The notes under the pieces were generated by a model, which saw nothing but the letters and a program-made list of their open reading frames with translations, made no database searches and was not told the origin of the DNA. A DNA stretch of 18,938 nucleotides from an uncultured delta proteobacterium. GTDB taxonomy: Bacteria; Myxococcota; Myxococcia; SLRQ01. The stretch's first letter is position 1. The number at the start of each line of letters is the position of its first letter. Below, one piece after another: positions 1 to 9,900 of the stretch. The translations under genes were made by a program, and so were the position numbers. The stretch is taken from contig CAVSGM010000006.1 of assembly GCA_963727485.1 (NCBI GenBank), positions 1 through 18,938 on the forward strand, given 5' to 3'.

Positions 1-81
1 GGCGTCCTTGGAGCTCTAACGCCGGCCGGCCTTGCCGGTGGCCTTCTTCCTGGTCTTCCCGGACGTCTCACTCGTGGCCAT
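1..81 (-). CDS. 5' end of a gene running off the left edge (MATSETSGKTRKKATGKAG...); product unknown
   Basis: ATG at 81-79 preceded by GGGAG, overlapping the AraC gene stop (68-70). An in-frame TAG at 18-16 is either a frameshift artefact or the end of a 21-aa ORF. Confidence 0.4.
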
Positions 82-554
82 GGTCCGTCTCCCGTCTGCT
101 GGCCTCCTGGGTACCGCGCGCCGCCCGTCGCCGCTTCTCCGAAACTGCAATCCTCAGGTCCGGCCGGTTGGCGGCGCTGAGGAAGCAGGGGGGCACGTGC
201 TCCAGCCGGTGGACGGCCGCCCGCTCCCGTGCCCGTCGCTCCCCGGGGCTCTCGCCGGTGACGTCGCGGAAGGTCCGGCCGAAGGTCCCCAGGCTGCGCC
301 ACCCGGCCTCGAGGGCGACCTCGGTGATCGACAGCTCGGTGTCCCGGAGCAGGGCTGCGGCCCGCTCGATGCGCCGGGTGAGCAGATACCGTGCGGGGGC
401 ACCCAGAACGCCGCCTTGAACGACCGGGCGAAGTGGGCCTCGGAGACCCCGCTCACCCGGGCCAGCCGCGCCACGGGCCAGTCCTCGTGGGAGGCGGCGT
501 CCATGTGGTCCTTGGCTCGCAGGAGGCGGCGGAGGAGCTGGGGTCCTGGGGCAC
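68..554 (-). CDS. AraC-family helix-turn-helix transcriptional regulator (frameshifted in this sequence)
   Basis: Rebuilt across frames: (M)PQDPQLLRRLLRAKDHMDAASHEDWPVARLARVSGVSEAHFARSFKAAF-VPPHRYLLTRRIERAAALLRDTELSITEVALEAGWRSLGTFGRTFRDVTGESPG...CFLSAANRPDLRIAVSEK. This shows both AraC HTH signatures. GTG start at 554, TGA at 70-68. Confidence 0.88.
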
Positions 555-1085
555 GGGCGGGATGATGCGTGGAGCCGGTGTCGTGGGCAAGGGCTGGCGG
601 GCTGCCGCTCCAGACCCGTGTAAGGCTATCCGGCTGCCCGAGGCGGCTTACGACCCGCCGCCCAACGACTACGCCTTCTCAAGGGATGAGCAGTTTTCCC
701 ACGTGTATCGACTCCGGAACGAGCCGGCGGTCGCTGTCTTCCAGCGTAGGCACGAGAACATGATCCTTCCCTGCTCCACGGAGAGGCCTACGTCCGCACG
801 CCGGGCGTCCGGTTCTGTCGCAAGGGCGCGGGTTGCCAGCTCTTCCTCGGCGCCACACGTGACTTGGAATCGCCCTTGCCGACTGCATGCGCGTCGCTGT
901 GAGTCAACCGGCGCCTTCAGCGGCTGTCCGGGTGTGACGCTTACCGATGGTTCAAGCGCCACATGTGAGCTGGGCTGGCCCTGCAAGGGCAATCGTTAAG
1001 TAAAGTACCCTAGTATACATGATGAAGTGGTGCTAGCCTCCAGAAGCCAGCCATGGGTTGTCATCGAAAACTCGGAGGCGAAGAC

Positions 1086-1641
1086 ATGCGTGGGAGCTGG
1101 GATTGGTCCGAGGAGCAGCTGCAGCGGGCGTTTGCGGAGGGACTGCAGGAGGCCAGTAATGTTGCCAAATGCTGGAACGAGAGACCCTGGACGGTCTGGA
1201 CGCAACTTGCGTCAGCTGCGTTGGGTTCGGCCGCTGGTAAAGCGGCCAGCGACCGCGGGGGCATCGGCGATATCCAAGTTGCCTGGAAAGGGCATCCGGA
1301 TGCTCACGGTCGCAGCGAGTACCTAACCTGGATGTCGCTGTCTACGACAATGACAACTGGAACTCTCTGTTCTTCGCTGCCGAACATGAGAACAACTACG
1401 ATGCAGAGAAGATGGATTACTGACTTGGAAGCTACTCCTGGTTGACTCGGAGATTCGGGTCCTGGTCGCCTACTTTGGTGTACACGGAGGCTACGCAGGT
1501 TTCGACGAACTCGTTGCAGGAGTTGACTCGGTGCCGAAGTCCCACCCTGACAAGGCGCTTTACGTCGTGGCCGCGAACGCCAACGCCCACTTGGAGGATG
1601 GGGAGATGCCGGACTACAGCGTAAGAAAGCTGGCAAACTGA
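1086..1641 (+). CDS. Hypothetical protein with predicted PD-(D/E)xK restriction-endonuclease-like fold (two frameshifts, near 1327 and 1422)
   Basis: GGAGG RBS before ATG 1086. Joined frames read MRGSWDWSEEQLQRAF...GRSEYL-LDVAVYDNDNWNSLFFAAEHENNYDAEKMDY-WKLLLVDSEIRVLVAYFG...VRKLAN*. The D...AAEHEN...KL-hydrophobic strand pattern is typical of this fold. GC is lower than in the flanks. Confidence 0.6.
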
Positions 1642-1651
1642 GGGGTGCAGG

Positions 1652-2101
1652 ATGGATGGTTCTTCAGTCGTGGAGATGAAGAAGCTCACGGAGGAGTTCT
1701 TCTTCCAACATTGGGCGGGCAACGACCCTCCAGACTGGTCAGAACCTTGGGAGATGATAGGGCCTACTCCGAATCACCAACTCCAGGGCTGTTATGCAAT
1801 CGCCACTCCATCCAACCGGGTGGTCTATGTTGGCGTGGCGGTTAGTCGTGGTGCAGGAATGTACCGGGGCTTTGGCCTCTCGAACCGCATCAATGCTCAC
1901 ACTCGTCGGCTTCCAAAGAAGTCGGGAGATCCTCCGCACATCTTCCGGTACCGGTTCATCGAGCGCTGGCAAGAGTGGGGCGCGGACCGCATCTACACCC
2001 TCGGCTTTGAACGCAAGGTTGCCTACCTGGCCGTTGCTTTGGAGGTGTTTCTTATCAACGGGCTCGTTGGATTGGCGAACTCCCAGCGGCCCGCGTCCTG
2101 A
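1652..2101 (+). CDS. GIY-YIG nuclease family protein
   Basis: Intact 149-aa ORF with GCY-x10-YVG, helix Arg/His in SNRINAH, catalytic Glu in ALEVFLI and a C-terminal Asn (LANSQ). Starts 10 bp after the upstream gene. Confidence 0.8.
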   Translation: MDGSSVVEMKKLTEEFFFQHWAGNDPPDWSEPWEMIGPTPNHQLQGCYAIATPSNRVVYVGVAVSRGAGMYRGFGLSNRINAHTRRLPKKSGDPPHIFRYRFIERWQEWGADRIYTLGFERKVAYLAVALEVFLINGLVGLANSQRPAS

Positions 2102-2189
2102 CTTAGTCCTCAGGCCGGCCGTGAGCCCGGTGGTCCACTCACCTCATGCGGTCCCCTGATGAGGCTGGGCGCCTACGCAGGGCCAGAGC

Positions 2190-4303
2190 CTAGACGGTGA
2201 AGCCGACTGGGAGGCCCGATGCACTCGACTGAAAAACCTCGCCCCGGATGCGTCGCAGCACCTCCGCGAGCCCGGGCCGTTCCCCCAGCACCCGCACCCG
2301 TCGCGCCACCACCGCCACGTCCCCCGCGGTCACCCCCTGCGAGCCGCCGCATTGCCCGGGTCACCGCCCCGCGCTCCCCAGGCGTCAGCGCCCGCTCCAG
2401 CACCTCGCCGACCAGCACCGCGAGCCCCGCCGCATCCAGCGGCTTGAGCTCCACCTTGAACAGGAAGCGACGCAGCGCCGCGGGGTCGATCTCGTCCCAG
2501 AGGTTCGTGGTGCACGCGACCACGCCGCCAAACGACTCGAGCTGCTGCAGGACCTCGTCCACGACGGACAGCTCCCAGCCGTGGGTGGCGCCGCGGCGGT
2601 CGCGGAGCAGGGCGTCCACCTCGTCGAAGAGGAGCACCGCACCGGTGGCCTCGGCCTCGCGGAAGGCGTCGGCGATGGCGCGCTCGGTCTCCCCGAGGAA
2701 GCTGCCCAGGAGGTCCGAGCCCCGCCGCGCCACGACCGGCCGGCCCATCCGCCACGCGAGGTACCGGACGTAGGCGCTCTTGCCCGTCCCCGGCGGCCCG
2801 TAGAGGCACAGGGAGATCCCGCCGGCGCCCGGCGTCCAGCCCGGCGAGTTGGTCCGCCAGGGAGGCCGAGATCCTCGGAGGCGCGCACCGCCTCCAGCTT
2901 GTAGCCGGCGGGCTCGAAGGTCACCGGGGCGCGCACCGGCCTGCCGGTCACCAGGGCCACCGAGGGCGCGAGCACCTGCTCCAGGGTCTCCCGCGACACC
3001 CCGCCGTCCTCGGAGACCAACCGCGCCGCCGACACCGCCGAGGCGAGCTGCGCCGGGGCCGCGTCGTAGCGGTTGGCGATGGCCTCCACCTCGACCTCGG
3101 TCAGGCCAGCGCGCCCCTCGCCCAGGTGCCGGCGGAGCACCCGCTGGCGCTCCCGGTGCCCCCAGCGACGGGAAGCGGATCACGTACCCGAAGCGCCGGA
3201 GAAACGCCGGGTCCATGTCGTCCACGTCGTTGGAGATCCAGATGGTGGGCACCGGGTTGCCCTCGAGGATGGCGTTGAACCACTGCTTGGACATCAGCGC
3301 CGCCGACGCCCCGGGGAAGATGCTCTGGACGAAGACGTCCTCGAGCTCGTCGAAGAGGAGCAAGGCCGGCGTCCGGGCCAGGAGCTGGTGGCCGAGCTGG
3401 AGCGACGAGAGCCGGTCGCTCGCCGACGGGGTGCGCCCACTGCCGTCGGAGAGGCCGGCGACGTAGAGAGGCACCTCGAGGCGCGCGGGCCAGGAGCCGC
3501 GCCAGCTCGGTCTTGCCGGTGCCGGTGGTGACCCACCAGGAGCACGTTGACCCCGCGGCCGGCGGGTCTCGAGCGCCCGGCCCAGCAGGCGCTCCGCCAG
3601 CTCGACCTCGTCGGCGAGCCGGGCGAAGTCCGAGACCTCGAGGGTCGGAGGCGGCGCCGGGTCGAGGTAGTGGCGCAGCAGCTGCTCGGCGTCGAGCCCG
3701 GGCATGCGCACCAGGTCCGAGAGGCCCTCCTTGATCTCGATGTTGGCATCTCGCCAGTTGGTCTCGATCCGGCGCGCCAGCCCCCCGGCGACCAGGGGCG
3801 CCCTGCCGTGCGTGGCCGCGAGCACATGGGTCACAGGCACCGCCAGCGCGTCGGCGATGCCCTCCGGCCCCTGGGGCTCGTGGCTGCGCAACGAGGCGAG
3901 GAAGTCCCGAAGGAGCCGGCTGGTGCGCAGGGCGACCAGGTAGGTGAGCACCTGCCGGTCCAGGGTGCCGAGGTCGGCGATTCGCGCCAGGGTCCGGAGG
4001 CTGGTGCGCACGGGCTCGTCGGGCTCGGGCACCGGGACCGGGCTGCGTGATCCGGGTGCGCAGGTGCCGCCGGACCCGCTGCTGTCGCCGTTCGCCGGAT
4101 CCCGTGCGGCGCGTGTTCCACCGACCAGGGCCTGGAAGACCGGCGACTCGTCGAGCACCTCCGCCTGCCAGCTCGTCCAGGCCGTTGGGCCCCACGACGA
4201 GCAGGAGGTTGTGAGCCCAGGCGAGGACGCACGGCCCGAACGGGTCGTTGGCGAGGGCGGGCGGCAGGGCGTGCTGCGCCGGGGATCGGGGCCGCGGGCT
4301 CAT
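2190..4303 (-). CDS. AAA+ family ATPase with two tandem AAA modules (several frameshifts)
   Basis: Module 1: NVLLVG-TGTGKTELAR (Walker A), LLLFDELED (Walker B), WISN, DPAFLRRF. Module 2: LCLYGPPGTGKS, VLLFDEVD, CTTN, DPAALRRF. The rebuilt C-terminus ends ...GLPVGFTV* (TAG 2192-2190). ATG at 4303. Confidence 0.88.
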
Positions 4304-4310
4304 CCCCCGT

Positions 4311-4342
4311 TCAATACGCCCCCGGTGTGACAGTCCGGGTCA
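4311..4342 (-). promoter_or_regulatory. TGAC-N7-GTCA box / TGTCAC-N10-TA promoter of the AAA ATPase (probably leaderless)
   Basis: Minus strand reads TGACCCGGACTGTCACACCGGGGGCGTATTGA, then 7 nt to ATG 4303 with no SD sequence. The first 19 nt match the box at 5603 at 16/19 positions. Confidence 0.6.
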
Positions 4343-4452
4343 GACGGAAACCCGCCGGGTGATTCCTTCGGGCTTCACCGGGCCAGCAGCGCGAGACCCG
4401 GGTAGAGTAGAACCCGCGTACTCTAATCCCTTGGACGGGGGGCTCGGCACAG

Positions 4453-4971
4453 ATGGACATCTACAGCATCGGAACCTTGCTCGTGGCTGGTGCGGCGCTG
4501 ATCGCCTCGATCGTGAGCGTCCTGGAGATGCGTCGGCAGCGGCGCAACGACATCAAGCCCGTGCTTGCGGTCATCGAGAAGACGGCGTTGGACAAGGACA
4601 CGGGAAAAAGAAGCTTGCACCTGTTTCTGGTGAACATGGGCCAGGCCGCTGCGCTGGATGTCCAGGTCACAACAGACCCGCCCGACCTGGTCAAGAAGCC
4701 TCACCAGACAGTCGTGGCACCAAACCGGCGGATCAAGCTGGCCTCGAACTACGAGCCGGAAGTCCTGCCATCCTTGAAGCTCGAAGCGGAGTACTCCGAC
4801 CTGGACGGAACCACCTACCGGACACGATTCTGGGGCAACAAGGTGCAGCCGAGCGATGGCGGGGCGCGGCATGTCATCGAGCGGTGCCCTCGGAAGGACT
4901 CGAAGCGGCGGGCAAAGGTTGACAGGCCCTCCACCGAGCAGAGTCCCACCCCCAATGTGGGGCTGGGCTAG
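4453..4971 (+). CDS. Hypothetical protein with one N-terminal transmembrane helix
   Basis: Intact 172-aa ORF. The hydrophobic IGTLLVAGAALIASIVSVL is followed by a basic RRQRR stop-transfer and a beta-rich soluble domain. Confidence 0.7.
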   Translation: MDIYSIGTLLVAGAALIASIVSVLEMRRQRRNDIKPVLAVIEKTALDKDTGKRSLHLFLVNMGQAAALDVQVTTDPPDLVKKPHQTVVAPNRRIKLASNYEPEVLPSLKLEAEYSDLDGTTYRTRFWGNKVQPSDGGARHVIERCPRKDSKRRAKVDRPSTEQSPTPNVGLG

Positions 4972-5009
4972 CGTCAGGAAGCGTCAAGACGAGGGAGGGA
5001 CCAGGATTC

Positions 5010-5571
5010 ATGGCCGAACACTTCAAGTGGTTCTCTGACTGGCAGGGCCGTCACGTCCAGTGTGGCTGCGGATGGTCAGGCGAGCTGACCAGCGACGCGG
5101 GCGATCCGTACGAGTCGCTCCTCGAGCTGCGGTGCCCCGGGTGCGATGCCCTGCTCGCCACGGTCAGCTATCCCATGGAGGACGAGATCGAGGCAGCCAA
5201 GGACGCGGGTGACCCGCAGGCCATCGGGATGTGGGACCGGGTCCTGGCGGTGCGCGTGCGGCGCGCCCGACAGGCTAGAGACACAGGACATCGATGTCGA
5301 CGCGCTCCCGGACCTGGCGGGCGACGCGCTGATCTTCGAGTTCGACGCGGAGAAAGTCGATGACGAGCACTGGTACGTCGTTCGTCACGACGGGCGTGAG
5401 CTGTGGCGAGAGCTCTCGGCCTGGGAGGATTGGCCTCGCTTCAACGCGATCAAGGACCTCCTCAAGGCTCGGTACGGCAGCCAGTTCCATCGGATCGAGC
5501 CCACCCAGGCCGCGGAGACGTCCCTGCTCGGCGACAGCATCTCGGCAATCTCCAAGCTCGAGTTCTCGTAG
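5010..5571 (+). CDS. Hypothetical protein with N-terminal Zn-ribbon (CxC...CxxC), one frameshift near 5265
   Basis: GAGGGAGG RBS. MAEHFKWFSDW...QCGCGW...RCPGCDALL continues in a second frame as DRLETQDIDVDALPDL...LWRELSAWEDWPRF...LLGDSISAISKLEFS*. Confidence 0.7.
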
Positions 5572-5602
5572 CTGGGGAGGGTCCAGGGGCCGCGCCCGCG
5601 GT

Positions 5603-5634
5603 TGTCCCCGGCTGTCACACCCCTGCACTACACT
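5603..5634 (+). promoter_or_regulatory. TGTCAC-N10-TA-N3-T promoter (PafBC/RecA-NDp-like spacing) upstream of the SbcD/SbcC-like operon
   Basis: TGTCCCCGGCTGTCACACCCCTGCACTACACT: TGTCAC 5613-5618, 10-nt spacer, TACACT -10 at 5629-5634. A near-identical box lies before the AAA ATPase. Confidence 0.62.
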
Positions 5635-5666
5635 GTGCCCCTCACGCGCGATCCCCGAGACCCGTC

Positions 5667-6962
5667 ATGCCCCGCCTCCTCTTCGTCGGCGACATCCACC
5701 TGGGCCGCAGGCCCACCAAGCTCCCGGACGACCTCGCCGGCCTGCGCCCCGCGGACCTGGGCCCGGCGGCGGCGTGGAGCGCCACGGTGGCGCACGCCCT
5801 GGCCGAGCGGGTCGATGCGGTGGTCCTCGCCGGCGACGTGGTCGAGTCCCTCGGCGACCGGTTCGAGGCCTACGGCCACCTTCAGGGCGGGGTCGAGCGA
5901 CTGACCAACGCGGGCATTCCGGTCATCGGGGTCGCCGGCGACCACGACGTCCTGGCTCTGCCGCATCTCGCCGAGCAGGTGCCCGGGTTCCAGCTCCTGG
6001 GCGCCGGCGGGACCTGGGCGCACCACGACGTCACCGGCGCTGACGGCGGCACCGTCCGGCTGCTGGGCTGGTCGTTTCCTGCCGAGCGGCACCGGCGCGA
6101 TCCTTTGGATGGGCTCCAGGTGCCCGCCAGTGAGGGCGTCGCCGTCCTCGGGGTCCTCCACTGTGATCTCGACGGGCCGCCCACCAGCCCCTACGCCCCG
6201 GTGCGCCGGGTCGACCTCGAGCGCCAGTCGGTCGACGCCTGGCTCCTCGGGCACGTGCATCGCCCGAGCGATCTGTCGGGCGACCGGCCCCTCGGGTACC
6301 TGGGGTCCCTCTCGGCCCTCGACCCCGGCGAGCCCGGTGCCCACGGGCCGTGGAGGGTCGAGGTCGAGGGTCCCGGGCGCGTCCGGGCCACCCAGGTGCC
6401 GCTGGCGCCCATGCGCTACGAGCACCGCGCGCTCGACGTCTCCGAGGTCGGCGCCGACGGGTCCCAGGCCCCCGAGGCCGCCCTGGAGCGTGCGGTCCTC
6501 GCCACGCTCGCCGAGGTCGCCGAGCAGTGCGACGCCGAGGACGCGGACGCCAAGGTCGTCGCCTGCCGCCTGACGCTCACCGGGCGGTCGGCGCACCACG
6601 CGGCTTTCGCCCGGGCCGTCGACGCGGGGCTCGCGGCGCTCTCCCAGAGCCACGGCGCCCGCCAGGTCTACGTGGAGAAGATCGTCGACGAGGCGGCGGC
6701 GGCCCTCGACCTCGAGGCCCTGGCCCGGGGATCGAGCCCGCCCGAGCTCCTCGCCCGGCGCCTGGTGGCCCTGGAGGCCGGGGGCGAGGCCGCGGCCGCG
6801 CTGATCCGCCGGGCCCGCGAGCGGCTGAGGGCCACCGCGTCCCAGCCCGCCTTCGCCGACCTCGGCGAGGCGCCCCTCGACGACGCGGCCCTCCGCCGCC
6901 ATCTCCTCCGCGCCGGCCGCGAGGCCCTCGAGCGCCTCCTCGCCCAGAAGGAGGACCGGTGA
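5667..6962 (+). CDS. DNA repair exonuclease, Mre11/SbcD (YhaO-like) metallophosphoesterase
   Basis: Calcineurin-like motifs GDIHLG, VVLAGDVVE, AGDHD (canonical GNHD), VLHC, SPYAP, WLLGHVH and YLGS...DPGEPGAHG. The stop overlaps the next start (GTGA). Confidence 0.92.
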   Translation: MPRLLFVGDIHLGRRPTKLPDDLAGLRPADLGPAAAWSATVAHALAERVDAVVLAGDVVESLGDRFEAYGHLQGGVERLTNAGIPVIGVAGDHDVLALPHLAEQVPGFQLLGAGGTWAHHDVTGADGGTVRLLGWSFPAERHRRDPLDGLQVPASEGVAVLGVLHCDLDGPPTSPYAPVRRVDLERQSVDAWLLGHVHRPSDLSGDRPLGYLGSLSALDPGEPGAHGPWRVEVEGPGRVRATQVPLAPMRYEHRALDVSEVGADGSQAPEAALERAVLATLAEVAEQCDAEDADAKVVACRLTLTGRSAHHAAFARAVDAGLAALSQSHGARQVYVEKIVDEAAAALDLEALARGSSPPELLARRLVALEAGGEAAAALIRRARERLRATASQPAFADLGEAPLDDAALRRHLLRAGREALERLLAQKEDR

Positions 6963-9900
6963 AGCTCAAGGGCCTCGCCGTGCGCCGGCTCCACGACCTG
7001 GGCAGGTTCCAGGTCGACGATCTCGCCCCGGGGCTGAACCTCCTCGTCGGGCCCAACGGCTCGGGGAAGACCTCGGTGATGAACGCCGCGCGCGCGGTGC
7101 TCTGGGGCACCCCCAGGCTGCCCCACGCGGACCTGGTCACCGTGTGGGACGACGGGCGGGACACCTGGCGCGCGGCGCTGGTCGGCGGTGCGGCCGGGTG
7201 GCAGCGCGGGGGCGTCGACGTGCCCCCGCCGGAGGTCCCCGACGCCGCCCTCGCGGCGAACTGGGTGGTGGGCCTGCGCGAGCTGCTCACCGGCGGCGAC
7301 ACCGAGCAGACCCTCCTCGACCGGGTGCGGCGGCAGATGGCCGGGGGCTACGATCTCACCGGCCTCCTCGAGGGCTACGCGGGCAAGCGCTGGCCCGGGC
7401 GCGCGGAGCAGAAGGCGCTCCGGGAGCAGCGCGACGCCCTGCGGGCCATCGAGGGGCGGCGGGCCGAGCTGGCGCGGCGCGAGGACGGGCTGGCGGCCCT
7501 GCGGCAGCAGCGCCTCGGGGCGCTGGCGGCTCGGGACGAGGCCGAGCGTTTGGGGCAGGCCCTGGAGCGCGAGCGGGTGGGCGCCGAGCGCGCCGCCGCC
7601 GAGGAGCGCGTCGCGGGGTTCCCGGACGGGGTGACGGTGACCACCGCCGACGCCCGCGATCACCTCCGGGAGTGGGACGAGGGCCTGGCCGAGGCCCGGC
7701 GCGCCGCCGACGCCGCCCGCCACGATCTCGACCGGGCCGCCGAGGCCGCCCGGGCGGCGGGGATCGACGCGCCGCTGGAGGGCGGGGATCTCGCCGCCGC
7801 GCGCGAGCACGCCCGGCAGGTGCGCGAGCGCGCCCGGGACGCGGCCGAGGCAAGGCGCGCCGCCGAAGCGGCCCGCGCCGAGGTCGCCCGGGCGCGGCAG
7901 GCCCTGGCGCCCGACCTCGACCCCGAGGCCGACGGCCCCGCGCCCGACCTCGACGCGGTGCAGGCCTGGGCCGAGGACGTCCTCCGGGCCCGGGCGGCGG
8001 TGGACGAGGTGGAGGCGCGCCTCGCCGTCGTGGCCTCGGAGCTCGAGGGGCTCGGGCCGGTCCCCGACGCCGTCGAGGCCGAGGCCCTCGGGCGCGCCGC
8101 GGCCCTCCTCGAGGGGGCGGCGGTCGCCGGCGCCGGCGCCCGGTGGCCCGCGTGGCGCCTGGGGCTCGGTGGGCTCCTGATGGTGGCCGGGGGTGCTCGC
8201 GGGGCTGGCGAGCCCCTGGTCCATCGCCCTCCTCGGCTTGGGGGTCGGGCTGCTCCTGGGGCCCCTGGGCGTGCGCCGGTCCGAGGGCGGCGCCGCGGCG
8301 GCGAAGGCGCGGTGGCCCGGCGGCGTCGACGCCCCGGCGAGCTGGGACACCGAGGGCGTGGCCGCGACCCTGAAGCGGGTACGGGCGCGCCGGGCCGCCG
8401 GCGACCAGGCGCGGATCCTCGAGGACGCCCGCCGGCGCCTCAGGCAGGCGCGCAGCCGGCACCAGGCCGAGCTCGACGCCCTCGTCGCCCGGCGGGACGA
8501 TCTCCTCGTGGGCGTCACCGTTGACCCGAAGCCCGGTGACCTGCGTCTCGCCGACCTTCTCCGCCGCCTCGCCGAGTGGCGCGCCGCGGCCGGCGCGGTG
8601 GCGGCGAAGGGCGCCGAGGCCGACGACGCCGACGCCCGCCTCGCCGAGGCCACCGCGGCCCTGACCGCCGCCCTCGACCGCCTCGGCGCCGGCAAGGTCC
8701 CCGAAGGCGAGGCCGAGGCGCGGCTCGACGCCCTCGAGCGGCGGAGCCAGGCCCTCTACGCCGCCCGCCGCGACGAGGCCGACGCCCGCCGGCGCCTCGA
8801 AGACGAGACCGCCCGGGCCACCCACCTGGAGGCCCGGATCCGCGAGCTCCTCGACGCCGCCGGGGTCGGGGACCTGGGGGCCGACGCCGCCCGCGCGCGC
8901 TTCGACGAGCTCGCCGGCCAGCGTCCGGCGTGGGAGGCCGCGCGCCAGGAGGCCGGGCGCCTCACCCACCGAACCGGCGAGCTCGAGGCCGCCCTCACCG
9001 ATCATCCGGACCTCCTCGCCCTCGACCGCCCGGCCCTCGAGGCCCGCCGGGCCGACGCCGACGCCCGCGCCGGCCGCCTCGAGGACCTCGTTGCCGAGAT
9101 CTCCCGCACCGAGGCGGCCCTGGAGGCCGAACGCGGATCCCAGGCCTACGAGGACGCGCTGGCCGAGGTCGCCGCCGCCGAGCAGGCCCTCGCCGACGTC
9201 CGCGAGGTCGCCCTCCACGACGCCGGCGCGCGCCTGCTCCTCGAGGACGTCCAGGCCACCCACGCCGAGCAGCAGCTCCCGGCGGTGTTCCAGCAGGCCC
9301 GGACGCTCTTCGGCCGCTTCACCCAGGAGCGCTACGACCTCGCCCTCGGCGGGGTGGGCACCGGGCACCTCGCGCTGCGCGCGGTGGACAACGCGGTCGA
9401 AGGCGTGGGGCTGGGCCTCGACGCCCTCTCCGACGGCACCAGGATGCAGCTGCTCCTGGCGACGCGCGTCGCCTTCGCCACCGGCGAGGAGCACGGCCGG
9501 CCCCTGCCGCTCTTCCTCGACGAGTCGCTCACCGCCACCGATCCCGCGCGCTTCGGGGCGGTGGCCGACGCGGTGCTGGCGCTGGCCGAGGACGGCCGGC
9601 AGATCTTCTACCTCACCTCGGATCCCGCCGACGTGGCGCGGTGGCAGCAGGCGTGCGCGCGGCGGGGTGCCGTCGCGCCGCGGGTGGTGGATCTCGCCCG
9701 GGTGCGACAGGTCGAAGGCGCCCTCGACCCGGCGGACCTGGCGCTGCCGGTGGCGCCCGAGGTCCCGGCGCCCGACGGCCACGACGCCGCCGAGTACGGC
9801 CGGCGCCTGGGCGTGCCCCGCTTCGACCCCTTCGCCGGCGGCGACTCGGTGCACCTCTTCCACCTCCTCCGCGACGACCTGCCCCTGCTCCACCGGCTCC

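Noticed and set aside
660..1002. Integron attC-like boxes GCCCAAC (660-666) and GTTAAGT (996-1002)
   Set aside because: About 340 bp apart (too long for attC), imperfectly complementary, not repeated after other genes, and no integrase is present.
2142..2200. CTGATGA (hammerhead ribozyme core) within a short CCTCAT...ATGAGG inverted repeat between convergent genes
   Set aside because: No GAAA follows the potential stem II and there is no stem I/III arrangement. At most a weak hairpin, with no U-tract.
4324..5621. Inverted GGTGTGACAG / CTGTCACACC pair as transposon terminal repeats
   Set aside because: No transposase and no target-site duplication. Each copy sits at a fixed distance from a -10 element of a divergent gene, which favours a regulatory reading.
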